The position numbers and the translations under genes were made by a program. Under the pieces are notes generated by a model, which ran no database searches, was not told the origin of the DNA, and saw only the letters and a list, made by a program, of their open reading frames with translations. Of a stretch of 64,000 nucleotides of DNA, positions 26,520 to 36,481 are shown piece by piece (the stretch's first letter is position 1; each line of letters begins with the position of its first letter). Location of the stretch: positions 128,001 to 192,000 of the IMG/VR virus record IMGVR_UViG_3300036987_000310; one strand, written 5' to 3'. Origin of the DNA: a virus (Duplodnaviria > Caudoviricetes).

Positions 26520-26675
26520 CTAGCTGTCCACCTCCAGATTTTCGAGCTTGCACTCGGGGCGACTAGAGGTGGACATCGCATGATCATAGACAAATCCGAA
26601 ACCGCCCTGCACACACCATAGCAAAGCTGCTTTTGGCAACCTTGCTATAATTTGGGCTGAGCGCTGCGTTTTCAT
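26520..26675 (-). CDS. 51-aa ORF below track cut-off, ends LEVDS
   Basis: MKTQRSAQIIARLPK...KLENLEVDS*, translated by hand. Confidence 0.4.
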   Translation of the reverse strand: MKTQRSAQIIARLPKAALLWCVQGGFGFVYDHAMSTSSRPECKLENLEVDS

Positions 26676-26690
26676 CGAAGATCTGACGTC

Positions 26691-26894
26691 CTAGTGAGTG
26701 AAATCGAGTTTCCCCACTTCCTTCGACAGTTTAGCACAGCCGAAGGTTCCACGCAAGTTCTGCTTGACTATAAAAAGTCTATGCTGTCTTTTACACTTAG
26801 ACGTCTCGACATGTCGAGCAGTCTCGGGGTCAGTTGACCCGCCAAACATGTTACACTTCGGAAGGCAGTCATGAACAAGGCCCCAAGCACACAA
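26691..26894 (-). CDS. Small Cys-rich protein
   Basis: 67-aa ORF with five Cys. Confidence 0.45.
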   Translation of the reverse strand: MCAWGLVHDCLPKCNMFGGSTDPETARHVETSKCKRQHRLFIVKQNLRGTFGCAKLSKEVGKLDFTH

Positions 26895-26914
26895 GAGCCT
26901 TTCTGAATTCCGTC

Positions 26915-27142
26915 CTATTCAATGGGCCATCGCCCGCAACCCCCGAAAAGGGGGGCCACAACGCGTTTCCAATCGTCTTCTGACACCACGATGTCCATCG
27001 CTTCACCTTCAGCATTTGCCACCCTCAAGCTTCTGACGACCGGTCCGGGAATCAAGTCCAAGACAGTGCCGTCGTTATGCTTGACTGGCTCGACGATGCG
27101 TTTCTCGTCGAATCCGACGATTTCCAGTCCCATATGTCCCAT
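26915..27142 (-). CDS. Small hypothetical protein
   Basis: 75-aa ORF. Confidence 0.55.
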   Translation of the reverse strand: MGHMGLEIVGFDEKRIVEPVKHNDGTVLDLIPGPVVRSLRVANAEGEAMDIVVSEDDWKRVVAPLFGGCGRWPIE

Positions 27143-27163
27143 AATGTGTGCCCTATTTGGAAA

Positions 27164-27568
27164 TCACTGAGTGTTGCAAACGCTTTCGATTTCGACACAT
27201 GTTAAAATGTCGTTCACAATGCACTTGGTGTTCCAATAAGAGCCCTGATCATGAGCGTATGCGCAGTACCACTCGCAGGACACGCATTCGTTCACGCCCG
27301 CATCGGCTCCGACACAAGACACAAGTTGTGGACAGTCTTGGCCCTGACAAGACAAAATGTCTGGAGGAGCTGGAACCGGGGTTCCTTCCTCGCATCCGAT
27401 TGTCCCATCAGAGTTTTTTAGCCCGTTGGCCATGCGCTCACACGCCTTAGCGCACAGCTCTTTGCCTTCTGCTGGAATCACAACAGGCTCGGGCTCTTCA
27501 GGGCCGACTCCGCACGAGGCGCAAGATCCGACGGTGGCCGCAGCAAGAATCAATGCAAAGATTTTCAT
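27164..27568 (-). CDS. Cys-rich lipoprotein
   Basis: MKIFALILAAATVGSCASC signal/lipobox; many Cys; GGAGG and TGATG overlap. Confidence 0.75.
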   Translation of the reverse strand: MKIFALILAAATVGSCASCGVGPEEPEPVVIPAEGKELCAKACERMANGLKNSDGTIGCEEGTPVPAPPDILSCQGQDCPQLVSCVGADAGVNECVSCEWYCAYAHDQGSYWNTKCIVNDILTCVEIESVCNTQ

Positions 27569-28374
27569 CACATAGCCTCCGCAGTCCAGAATGACCTGGT
27601 TCCTGACCACATGACGTAATCGACGCTTAGCCAGCCGTACCCAGATTCCCCCCAAGCCGGGCTCCATGAGTTTCGGATCTTGAATGCATTTTTGGATGGG
27701 TCATACCCGACAATTACCATGGCGTGTCTGCCAACTGTGTTGTTTGGCGGGTTAAGCACGCCACCTTTGTAGTTAAAAAACTCGTCTCCCAAGCCTGTTC
27801 CGAAAGTGACGCCAGGAACCTGATTGAGTGCCTTGATGAGGTTGTCAACAAGGTTCTTGTCTCGCATGATTTTGTGGAATGCTTTAGATCTGCGCTGAAA
27901 AGCTTCCCTTTGCGAGGAGATGGATGGTCGAACGCATGCATTTTCAAGCAGATAGGGCCATATTTTCTCGGACGGAACGCCGAGCCTGGCAATGACTTCC
28001 ATGATGAGTCGGTTGTAGCATCCCGAGTTTACGTCATGGTTTCTAGGGGGGTCGAGATAAAGTCTGCCGTAGTACCACAGAAACAGGCGCGACAGATCTG
28101 GGACAGCTTGTTTCGCTTGTTCGAGCGTCATGCCCCTCTTCATGAGCTGCTGAATCAACACGGCTTCCCAGAAGTCTGCAGCGGCGTTAGCTGTGCAGCT
28201 TGGCAGGGACAGCTGATCCGAGATTGGCTTATAGTACTTTGAATTGTCGATCGTCGTTGTCTTGGCGGCAACATTTAGCGCGCTATCGGCAAACGAATGG
28301 TCATCCATGCTAAACGGATCAGGGTCCCAGCCGAAAGACGGTCTCTTGACGGTGAACTGAAAGATTTTCAACAT
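27568..28374 (-). CDS. Papain-like cysteine peptidase (C1 family)
   Basis: DQLSLPSCTANA (Gln, Cys), GRHAMVIVGY (His), IRNSW (Asn), WGESGYGW. Confidence 0.92.
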   Translation of the reverse strand: MLKIFQFTVKRPSFGWDPDPFSMDDHSFADSALNVAAKTTTIDNSKYYKPISDQLSLPSCTANAAADFWEAVLIQQLMKRGMTLEQAKQAVPDLSRLFLWYYGRLYLDPPRNHDVNSGCYNRLIMEVIARLGVPSEKIWPYLLENACVRPSISSQREAFQRRSKAFHKIMRDKNLVDNLIKALNQVPGVTFGTGLGDEFFNYKGGVLNPPNNTVGRHAMVIVGYDPSKNAFKIRNSWSPAWGESGYGWLSVDYVMWSGTRSFWTAEAM

Positions 28375-28412
28375 GTCCTCACCTCCGGTTTAATGACGTT
28401 ACCGATAAGACA

Positions 28413-31400
28413 TTGATGACTGGTTTTACGGGCATGGGATTCACTTCATATTGCGTAGAGACTGACGGTTTGACCCAGTACGCCAAAATGGGCGACGTGC
28501 TGGACTTGGAATTTGGGGACGCCTCCCTCATCTTCTCTATCCTAGTGTGGTTCAAGACCACAGACACAGGCGGCTACTTGGTCTCGAAGATGGATGGCAC
28601 CCCCACTGGGTATGGCATCTATGTTGGGGCGTCAGGGCAGCTTCATGCTCGCCTGTTTTCTGATGCGACGTACCAGGAGGAGATTGAGACAACTTCAACT
28701 GGGTGGAACGATGGCGAGTGGCACCAGGCGGTATGGGCGTATTCCGAGCCTGGTTCTGGGGCGGGAAGCTCCCTATACATTGACGGAGAACTTCAGACTG
28801 TCACAGTGGTGAGCGACAACGTGCTAGGGCAGCCGACAGCAAACGCGGCTGAGCTGAACTTCGCAGGGCGGAACAATGGCAGCGATCTTCTTGCCTGTCG
28901 CTTCACAGACATCGCCGTCTACAGCAAGGCTTTGAATGCCGTAGACGTGAGCCGCTTGTACAACAGCGGCAACTGCTTAGACCTGAAGATTTTGGACACC
29001 GGATCAAGTTTGGTCGGGTACTGGCGAGTTGACTACTCTTCGTCGAGGATCTTGCCCCTGGTGGGTGATTACGCCAGGAATCAGTACAACGGCACTCCGG
29101 TGAACATGTCCACAAGTGACATCTCTCTGGATACACCTGGGGGAGCGAGCACGGAGTCCTTGTCCTTCAACGGGACGACGCAGTACGTGGGGATGGGGAA
29201 CGTGCTCGGGTACGACCGAACTTCGGTCTTCAGTATGTCTTGCTGGTTCAAGAGCACGCAAGCGGGACGAGGCTCTATCCTAGGGAAGCACACGTACACC
29301 GGGTATGCAATTCGGTTGGAGACCGGGAAAATCTATGTGCTGTTTGCGAACAACTGGACCTCGACCAGTTGGATGGCCGTGCAGACTCCGTTGACCTACA
29401 ACGATGGGGTTTGGCACCACGTTCTGGTGACCTACACCGGATCCAGCAACGTGGCTGGAATCACCGTGTACATCGATGGTGCTGTCATCGCGATGACTAC
29501 GGTGCGGGATACCCTGACGAGCGCAATAACGACTACAGAGCCGTTCCAGCTTGGCTATGGGGGGTATGCAACAAACGGAAGCCGTGTCTATTACGAAGGT
29601 CTATTGGACGAGGTTGCTCTTTGGAGCGGCATTGCTCTGACTGCTCCTGAGGTGGCCGCAGTGTACAACGCAGGCTCACCCCCTGACCTTCGAACGTTGT
29701 CGACTGCCTTTGCTCTTTCGGCCTACTGGCCGATTGGTGGAGAGATGCGTCTGGAAGATTCGGCGTTGTACCCGAACGTCGTGGCCGCAGCAGGGATTGG
29801 TGTGGGATCCGAAAACATTCCATGTGAGATAGACCCGCTACAGTACATGCTTGGGACTTCTTTGACTTGGGACATGCTGGCTAGATATCCGGGGCCAGGT
29901 GGGGTGGCCCCCTGGTCTATGCAGTATCTGGCCAGCATTGGAGGGCACATAATGGGGTATGTCCCAGCCCCGACTACCTTCGTTCCGTTCTCAGCGGGGG
30001 CTTGGTTCAAGCTTGAGAGTGCCAGTCCTTTGGGGCAACTATTGGGCAGGTGCACAGGTTCCGGGACGTCTCTTAATGGCTGGGCTATACAGCAGCGTTA
30101 CGGTGCTATTGCGTTTTCCGTTCGGTCTTACACAGACTTGCCTCGACTCCAAATCTACACAAATGCTACTTATGTGGACGGCTTGTGGCACCATGTGATT
30201 TGCACATGGAATGGCAGCGGCACACAAGCGGGCATGACCATTTACATTGATGGAGTGGCTGTAGCAGTTACATCCGGCATGAACTACGCAGGGTCTGGGG
30301 GTATTGATTCCCGACCTTATTCCACTGGGTGCTCAGGCGCTTCGGTGTCGTCCTCTTACAATATGATTGGAAAGCTGACTGAATGCGCAGAATGGAACAT
30401 TTGTTTCTCTGCTTTGCAAGTAACAGAGGCATACAACGCTGGGGTGCCAATCCGCTATACCGACCTGTCAACCGCTGGAAATTTGTTGAAGTACCATAGG
30501 CTAGGGAACACCGCGGAGACGCCTCCCGCTGCAACTCTAAACACTCTTTTAGACATCGTGAGTACGGATGCCCCAGGAGGAGTTCTAACGAGATCCATCC
30601 GATGTGACGTGGCTGCTTTCACCTTGTCTTTGGGAAACAGCTTCAACTGGCAGCGAAACCAGTCGTTCTCCTTATCCGGTTGGTTCAAGACATCTGCCTC
30701 GTTGATAGAGCAAACCATCATCGCCAAAGAAGACGCCACCCGGCGTGGGTATCTGGCGTTCATAACGGCTACTGGTGAGATCGAGTGGTCTATTGCCAAC
30801 ACAGCTACGAACCGCGTCTCTGTACGCACCACAGCAACATTCAATGACGGCAACTGGCATCACCTGGTGGTTACTTATGGTGGGGCGTCTCTGGCGACGT
30901 CTTTGGCCATCTACGTGGACGGGGCTGTTCAAGCCACCACCACCATCCTCGACGCCTTGACAGCAGACACTTATGATGACGCGGCCTTGTACTTTGGGTC
31001 CACAGCTAGAACTTCCGCCACGCTTCGGGGGTTGCTTGCTGGCCCCGCCATGTACATTGGCCAGTTGGATGCTGTTGAAGTCGCAGAGGTCTACAACGGC
31101 GGTGTGCCTGCAGACCCTGAGACACTAACTACGGCAGCGGAGCTTCTTGGGTACTGGCCTATCGGGGAGGGGTATCACCCTGGTACGTTGGTAGGAATGG
31201 CGCAGGCGAATTTGGTGGCCGACTACCCATTTTTCTCAGACCTGACCACAGAGAAGACTTGGGTTACGGAGGCAAACTACGTTCTGGCTGCCGGAGACAC
31301 TACGGCAAACACCACGGCAAAGCTTCTTCTGGACTGGAAGAACAAGCTGTGCGCTCATGGGTACACTGTCGTCGGAAGTAGCGACGGGACCAACTACGAG

Positions 31401-32264
31401 TATGAAGGGGAGACGGCTGGCGGTTCTTACGGAGGAGACAGCACTGGGCCATACGACGTGTGGGAAGACTACACGGATGTTTTGTACAAAGTAGACAGCT
31501 CCCAGGGGCCAAGCGGCTGGGTACTTATGCGGAGCCCACTCTCTACGGCTGGACAGTTTTGGATCATTCTCTGGAGGTATGCTTCCAGCACGACGGTGTT
31601 CCGGGGGTACGTGGGCAACACCAAGCCTCCGATGAGGACGCCTGCGAACGAGATCTGCCCCTTCTGGTCTGCCGGAATGCCTTGGCACTACATCTCCGTA
31701 AACGAGGGCGTGTACCATGCCAGCGGAACTTCGGGATGCAGAAGTTACCTGTCGATCTGCGAGAACGATGGAAGCTTTGTTTTTCTTCGGCAGACCATAG
31801 CCACAGGGCAGTATTACCAAGGCATGACTGCCTTCATGGTTCTGGACGAAAACCGAGCCCCTAGTATTGGACAGAAATCGGTGGTTTACCACTATATCTG
31901 GGGAACCACGCGAGACAACACCCGTTGGGCCAGGTTCAACATGTATCTTTCGGGGGCAACGAATCTTCGTTGGAACATGCCATTAATTCCTTGCTACACC
32001 GGAGTCACGTCTACTCGGGCTGTTCTTCAGGATTACTACTCCAACTATTCGGTATACCCCGTGTGGGTATATGCCGGTCCACAGGATGCCACATATGATA
32101 CCTACTTCGGGAACCAGCTTCTGATGGGGCCGATCCCAGACATGTTCATTGCACAAGATGCTACTCCGAACGGATCCTGTGCTCCTGAAAAGCCCCCCTA
32201 CCGCTATGTGTGCGTCGAAGGGATGTTCTGGGTGCCTGGTGACACGGAGCCGGTGTTTGCATGA
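28413..32264 (+). CDS. Large multi-LamG (concanavalin-like) virion/tail protein with C-terminal paralogue domain
   Basis: Four repeats of S.WFKT...DG.WHH....Y...YIDG...Y..G.P; C-terminal GYTVVGSSDG domain. Confidence 0.85.
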   Translation: MMTGFTGMGFTSYCVETDGLTQYAKMGDVLDLEFGDASLIFSILVWFKTTDTGGYLVSKMDGTPTGYGIYVGASGQLHARLFSDATYQEEIETTSTGWNDGEWHQAVWAYSEPGSGAGSSLYIDGELQTVTVVSDNVLGQPTANAAELNFAGRNNGSDLLACRFTDIAVYSKALNAVDVSRLYNSGNCLDLKILDTGSSLVGYWRVDYSSSRILPLVGDYARNQYNGTPVNMSTSDISLDTPGGASTESLSFNGTTQYVGMGNVLGYDRTSVFSMSCWFKSTQAGRGSILGKHTYTGYAIRLETGKIYVLFANNWTSTSWMAVQTPLTYNDGVWHHVLVTYTGSSNVAGITVYIDGAVIAMTTVRDTLTSAITTTEPFQLGYGGYATNGSRVYYEGLLDEVALWSGIALTAPEVAAVYNAGSPPDLRTLSTAFALSAYWPIGGEMRLEDSALYPNVVAAAGIGVGSENIPCEIDPLQYMLGTSLTWDMLARYPGPGGVAPWSMQYLASIGGHIMGYVPAPTTFVPFSAGAWFKLESASPLGQLLGRCTGSGTSLNGWAIQQRYGAIAFSVRSYTDLPRLQIYTNATYVDGLWHHVICTWNGSGTQAGMTIYIDGVAVAVTSGMNYAGSGGIDSRPYSTGCSGASVSSSYNMIGKLTECAEWNICFSALQVTEAYNAGVPIRYTDLSTAGNLLKYHRLGNTAETPPAATLNTLLDIVSTDAPGGVLTRSIRCDVAAFTLSLGNSFNWQRNQSFSLSGWFKTSASLIEQTIIAKEDATRRGYLAFITATGEIEWSIANTATNRVSVRTTATFNDGNWHHLVVTYGGASLATSLAIYVDGAVQATTTILDALTADTYDDAALYFGSTARTSATLRGLLAGPAMYIGQLDAVEVAEVYNGGVPADPETLTTAAELLGYWPIGEGYHPGTLVGMAQANLVADYPFFSDLTTEKTWVTEANYVLAAGDTTANTTAKLLLDWKNKLCAHGYTVVGSSDGTNYEYEGETAGGSYGGDSTGPYDVWEDYTDVLYKVDSSQGPSGWVLMRSPLSTAGQFWIILWRYASSTTVFRGYVGNTKPPMRTPANEICPFWSAGMPWHYISVNEGVYHASGTSGCRSYLSICENDGSFVFLRQTIATGQYYQGMTAFMVLDENRAPSIGQKSVVYHYIWGTTRDNTRWARFNMYLSGATNLRWNMPLIPCYTGVTSTRAVLQDYYSNYSVYPVWVYAGPQDATYDTYFGNQLLMGPIPDMFIAQDATPNGSCAPEKPPYRYVCVEGMFWVPGDTEPVFA

Positions 32265-33307
32265 CAATCCCGATGACAGACTTCGTTGGCTCTCGCGATC
32301 CTCTTCGCATGACCTACGAGCAGGGGTGGCGAAAGGTGTGGGAGACCATTGACCCGGGAACGTGGGTGTGTGGCAACTACATCACCAGCGGCAGCGATGT
32401 TCCCACCTTGTCGATCCTTTTTCGGATGAAGCAAGGGTTGACAAATTCTTTGATCGGGCGCTGGACGGTGCTGGCGAGTTCAGGAAAAGCAGGCACGGGT
32501 TCTCTCGTAGCTTCGGCAGGGGACAACTGGCTTAGTTCCTCAGATCTTGTTAGAGCCGCAAACGGTACCTCTCCCAGGGCGTGGATCCTGCTTAGGAGCC
32601 CTGCGACCTACAGAGGGACGTTCTATTTGCTGATGGACTGGTGGGGCTCTCTTCGCCCTCATGTGCAGTTCTACTTCACGAAGTCCTGTCCGGATTACTC
32701 GTCCCCTGTGACCGACGCTCGTCCTCCTGCCACTGGGAATGAGTGGACTCATCTGAATAGTCAACTCCTGCCCGACGCTGTTCGGTATGGCGGGATTCGA
32801 ACCTACCTCATCAAGGCGCACGACGGTTCATTTGTCTTCGCCTGTGCCCTTGGAGGCACAACAGGAGCTTGGCACAGATTTCAAGCAGGCACCCTGTTCA
32901 ACATTCTTCAGGCAGGAAGCTCGCCTTCGTGGGACACCACGCAAGCAGTGTCTACTAGATGGTCTGGAACAATTAGCCAGCAAGATCAGATATCGTTCAA
33001 GACTTTGCACCGTGACGGTTCAGATTGCACATTGGAACAGGTGCAATTCCAGGACTATATAACTATTAGTGAGAACGTGCTGCTGGGTGCCCATACTGAT
33101 GATGTCAGAAGAAACTACATCTGCTATCCGCCACAACTAGTGAGCATAGACTCCGGAAAGAAGTGTTGGAGGGGGATCTTGGAGGACCTGGCTCTGCCTC
33201 CAAATCAAATCGCAGAAGGCGCGCCTTTCTTCCGCAACGGAGCAATGAAAGGTATCAGGATCGGTTCCTGGGTTGTTCCAGTCACTAGAAATCTGGTGTT
33301 GGTGTAG
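32261..33307 (+). CDS. Tail/receptor-binding paralogue 1
   Basis: WTVLASSG...GDNW...AWILLRSP shared with neighbours. Confidence 0.7.
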   Translation: MTIPMTDFVGSRDPLRMTYEQGWRKVWETIDPGTWVCGNYITSGSDVPTLSILFRMKQGLTNSLIGRWTVLASSGKAGTGSLVASAGDNWLSSSDLVRAANGTSPRAWILLRSPATYRGTFYLLMDWWGSLRPHVQFYFTKSCPDYSSPVTDARPPATGNEWTHLNSQLLPDAVRYGGIRTYLIKAHDGSFVFACALGGTTGAWHRFQAGTLFNILQAGSSPSWDTTQAVSTRWSGTISQQDQISFKTLHRDGSDCTLEQVQFQDYITISENVLLGAHTDDVRRNYICYPPQLVSIDSGKKCWRGILEDLALPPNQIAEGAPFFRNGAMKGIRIGSWVVPVTRNLVLV

Positions 33308-33309
33308 CC

Positions 33310-34440
33310 ATGTACGCATGGGAGAAGAACTGGGTTTGTTTCGCGGACAGTTTCTCCGTTGGGTCCCCTGAAGGAACCCTGACGTCTCGTAAAGCGATAC
33401 TGAACCGGCTCAAGAACTGGATGGTCTCACATGCTGGGTGGACCGTGGTGGCGTCCAAGGGATTCTGGACTGCATCGTATTACTACGAGTATGAAGGGGT
33501 TACGCCTGGGGGTTCGTATGGTGGCGACAGCACTGGCCCATATGATGTGTGGTCTCATTCTGGAGGAGATATAGCAGCTACCAGGGTGCCTTGGATCATG
33601 CTTCGAAGCCCCACAACCTCACTAGGGACGTACTACATCCTGATGGGACATACAAGCTCAAGTACGTCCCTTTCCGGGGACTTCTACTTCGGGGTATCGG
33701 ACCAGATGTTCCAGGAACCTGTGGGTAACGCTCTACCCCTTCCACAGACTGGGGCTCGCATCGCTCAGCGTCCTCGCACGGATGCCTATCATACGGGAGG
33801 AGACAACGCGACCTATTATCTATATTTCTCCGCATGTGCCACCGATGGAAGCTTCTTTCTCACTGTTCGTAGGCACACCCATGTGAACAACTTCAGCGGC
33901 CTGTATATGTTTTCGCTGCTGGATCCAGGCATGATTCCATACGACAACTTCATGCCGATCATTTTTGCTTCGTCTGCCTACAGCACTTGGCGCTTTTCTT
34001 GTGACTTGAGAAGCAATAGCGGATACTATCTTGCCAACTGGATTGACTGGCCCTGGCAAAATCCCAAGGTAGACTACGACTATTTTGGTGTATCAGCTTC
34101 TCCTTGTGTCCGGCGGGTTGGCACGAGCGTAGCGGCCACAGACTTTCCATTCGACATGGATGGCAAGGTATACATGTTTCCGGCGCACATGCATCGGACA
34201 TGCAAGGTAGGTTATGCACAGGGCGGTGTCGGAGGTTATCAATTCGTTCGCCCGACTTACATCGGAAGGGTACCGGACCTGTATGTGGCTCCAGAGTCGG
34301 GAATAATAAAGGGAGACGTGGTCACTGATTCGACCGGGGCTATAAAGTACTATTTTGCCTCATTCAATGTTGACACATACGACACCGTAGCAACCAGTAA
34401 ACTGAAGTTGTGGATTCCTGGAACCGATGTGCCTGCTTGA
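33310..34440 (+). CDS. Tail/receptor-binding paralogue 2
   Basis: GWTVVASKG...YEYEGVTPGGSYGGDSTGPYDVW nearly identical to LamG protein segment. Confidence 0.7.
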   Translation: MYAWEKNWVCFADSFSVGSPEGTLTSRKAILNRLKNWMVSHAGWTVVASKGFWTASYYYEYEGVTPGGSYGGDSTGPYDVWSHSGGDIAATRVPWIMLRSPTTSLGTYYILMGHTSSSTSLSGDFYFGVSDQMFQEPVGNALPLPQTGARIAQRPRTDAYHTGGDNATYYLYFSACATDGSFFLTVRRHTHVNNFSGLYMFSLLDPGMIPYDNFMPIIFASSAYSTWRFSCDLRSNSGYYLANWIDWPWQNPKVDYDYFGVSASPCVRRVGTSVAATDFPFDMDGKVYMFPAHMHRTCKVGYAQGGVGGYQFVRPTYIGRVPDLYVAPESGIIKGDVVTDSTGAIKYYFASFNVDTYDTVATSKLKLWIPGTDVPA

Positions 34441-34449
34441 GGACATGTC

Positions 34450-35466
34450 ATGCCGATAACCAAGACCTGGTGTCACTCTGCTCCTTCTTTGCATCGTTCC
34501 CACTCGTGGTACGACGAAGAGTGGCGCACGGCTATGTGGCTTCTAAAAGAAGCCCTAGTGAATGCTACAGTGGGCGCTTGGACGGTGGTGGCAAGTGCGG
34601 ACAGGTCTGTTGCGGGACTGTACGACACCTGGACCTCCTGGGACAAGGTTGACTGGCGCAATTCTCTGGGAGTGAACGCTAACCCTGGGAGTTGGATGCT
34701 TCTCAAGAGTCCGACAGGAGTGCGGGGGCCAGTTTGGTTGTTTTATGAGATCTCTTCCACGTCCGTGGGCGTGGGTACTCACACCCGCTTTTGGATTCTC
34801 ACAAGAGAGCCCGACCTGTCAAACATAGTCGAGTGGAGAATGCCTTCGTTCGCGGGGATCCCTCGTGTTTTTGCTTCATGCACGTTGGCCATTACAGCCT
34901 CAGGCGCCCCCACCTCAGTCATGGACACGCTCGTAGCAGAAGACGGCAGCTTTTGTTTTTTCACCCGAATAAACAATAACCCGAATGGAGGATCAAACTA
35001 CCCTGTTTCTGTTTTGATCTTCAACTTTCTGGACGATGTTATCCCGCAGGATCCCTACGGGTTTGCGCTGTTTGCTAAAAGTAGCCTTGGTTCAACTGAT
35101 GACCAGAATTCCACCGAGTGGTCTGCTGGTGTTGGGCTAGATCCAGACGGGGTGTCCTCTACAAGAGCCATGGTGAGACACGTCGGAATAAACGAATCAG
35201 GAACAGTGAACGCTAACTTTGCCCCTTCCAAGCAAACAGCAGAAGACCCCTCTTGGGGGAAGTACTACTCGGAGAGGATTCCCATTTTTTGTAGTACCGA
35301 AGGTAGGCAGGGTTTTCGGGGAACCATGTCCGACATTTGGTGGTCCCCCTATGTTGGGTCTGCTGCCGTGTTGAACGGCAGCACGGCTTGGTTGGACTCG
35401 TCCACTAAAGTATGCTGCATGCAATGTTTCTGGCTGCCCTGCCCTGGAGACCCTTGGGTACTGTGA
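34450..35466 (+). CDS. Tail/receptor-binding paralogue 3
   Basis: WTVVASAD...DTW...SWMLLKSP. Confidence 0.7.
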   Translation: MPITKTWCHSAPSLHRSHSWYDEEWRTAMWLLKEALVNATVGAWTVVASADRSVAGLYDTWTSWDKVDWRNSLGVNANPGSWMLLKSPTGVRGPVWLFYEISSTSVGVGTHTRFWILTREPDLSNIVEWRMPSFAGIPRVFASCTLAITASGAPTSVMDTLVAEDGSFCFFTRINNNPNGGSNYPVSVLIFNFLDDVIPQDPYGFALFAKSSLGSTDDQNSTEWSAGVGLDPDGVSSTRAMVRHVGINESGTVNANFAPSKQTAEDPSWGKYYSERIPIFCSTEGRQGFRGTMSDIWWSPYVGSAAVLNGSTAWLDSSTKVCCMQCFWLPCPGDPWVL

Positions 35467-35475
35467 GGAGACAAA

Positions 35476-36474
35476 ATGGCACCGCCGATTCCTTCAAAGA
35501 CCTGGACCATCGGACATATGGTAATTCCAGCCGATGTGGACTCCACCACCTTGCACAAAAAGGTGATGTGGAATATCAAAGAGCTTTTGATCAGCATGGG
35601 GTTTACCGCTAGCCGGTCAGTGGCGTGGAATCCCACTCTCAACCCTCCTAATGGGGCTTGGGAAGGACCATCATCCGGGGACTTGTGGGTAGCGTGGAAT
35701 TATTTGCGTTACGGTGTTCCATACGCCATGTATGGAACTTCGTGGATAAGGCTCGACCATCCAGTGCAAGGGCAATTGCTTATTGTCACAACAGGATATG
35801 GTGGTCAAGGCACCGATGCAAACTGGAACAGGGCCTGGATACGCTGGTCCCCTAGCGGGTCTTTTACGGCTGGGGTCAGTGAACTTTCGGCCCCTACAGC
35901 TCCAGATGCCGTGACACTTTGCGACAATGCCGACTTTCAAAGCGCCGGACTGACCAACAACCAACGCGTGCTTCATTACATGAAGTCCACAGACGGAAAG
36001 GGCATCCGGCTTTTTCAGATGTACTCCAACACCGTGTGGAGCCCCATGTTCTTCGAGGTGTTGTCCAACCCTCACCCGACTTTTAACGGCAAAGTCTTGG
36101 CTTCTGTTTATCCTGCTGCAAATTCGATGACCTATGGCGTCTACTATGACACTTCCCCACTAGTGGGGCTCAATAGCGTTGGAACCAGGTTCTCGGCATC
36201 TCTTGCTTGTGAGGGGGCCCTTAGCAATGGCATCGGAGAAGTTTGGACTACGCCAGACATGAATGGGACGTTGCCGATAGCTGCAATCGGTGCCGTTGCT
36301 ACTTCGCCAGGACCTCAATATTATCTTGGGGATGTTGCCGATTTGTGGTTTGGATCGGCGGCTGGCGTCAACAGTGGCGACACCTATTCAGATCATTTGG
36401 GTAACCTTCGAAAGTTCGCGCAGTTCAATCACATGATTTTCCCGTGGGACGGAACCATCCCACAGACAGCGTGA
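35476..36474 (+). CDS. Tail/receptor-binding paralogue 4
   Basis: GDLW...SWIRL...DLWFGS...GDTY...HMIFPW. Confidence 0.7.
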   Translation: MAPPIPSKTWTIGHMVIPADVDSTTLHKKVMWNIKELLISMGFTASRSVAWNPTLNPPNGAWEGPSSGDLWVAWNYLRYGVPYAMYGTSWIRLDHPVQGQLLIVTTGYGGQGTDANWNRAWIRWSPSGSFTAGVSELSAPTAPDAVTLCDNADFQSAGLTNNQRVLHYMKSTDGKGIRLFQMYSNTVWSPMFFEVLSNPHPTFNGKVLASVYPAANSMTYGVYYDTSPLVGLNSVGTRFSASLACEGALSNGIGEVWTTPDMNGTLPIAAIGAVATSPGPQYYLGDVADLWFGSAAGVNSGDTYSDHLGNLRKFAQFNHMIFPWDGTIPQTA

Positions 36475-36481
36475 GGACCCT

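Noticed and set aside
26520-26700. tmRNA or RNase P RNA in the hairpin-rich gap
   Set aside because: No tRNA-like ends, tag reading frame or GAGGAAAGUCC signature; the region reads as a 51-aa ORF.
32787-32820. GGATTCGAACC tRNA-like T-arm signal
   Set aside because: Lies in frame inside the tail paralogue gene and has no cloverleaf.
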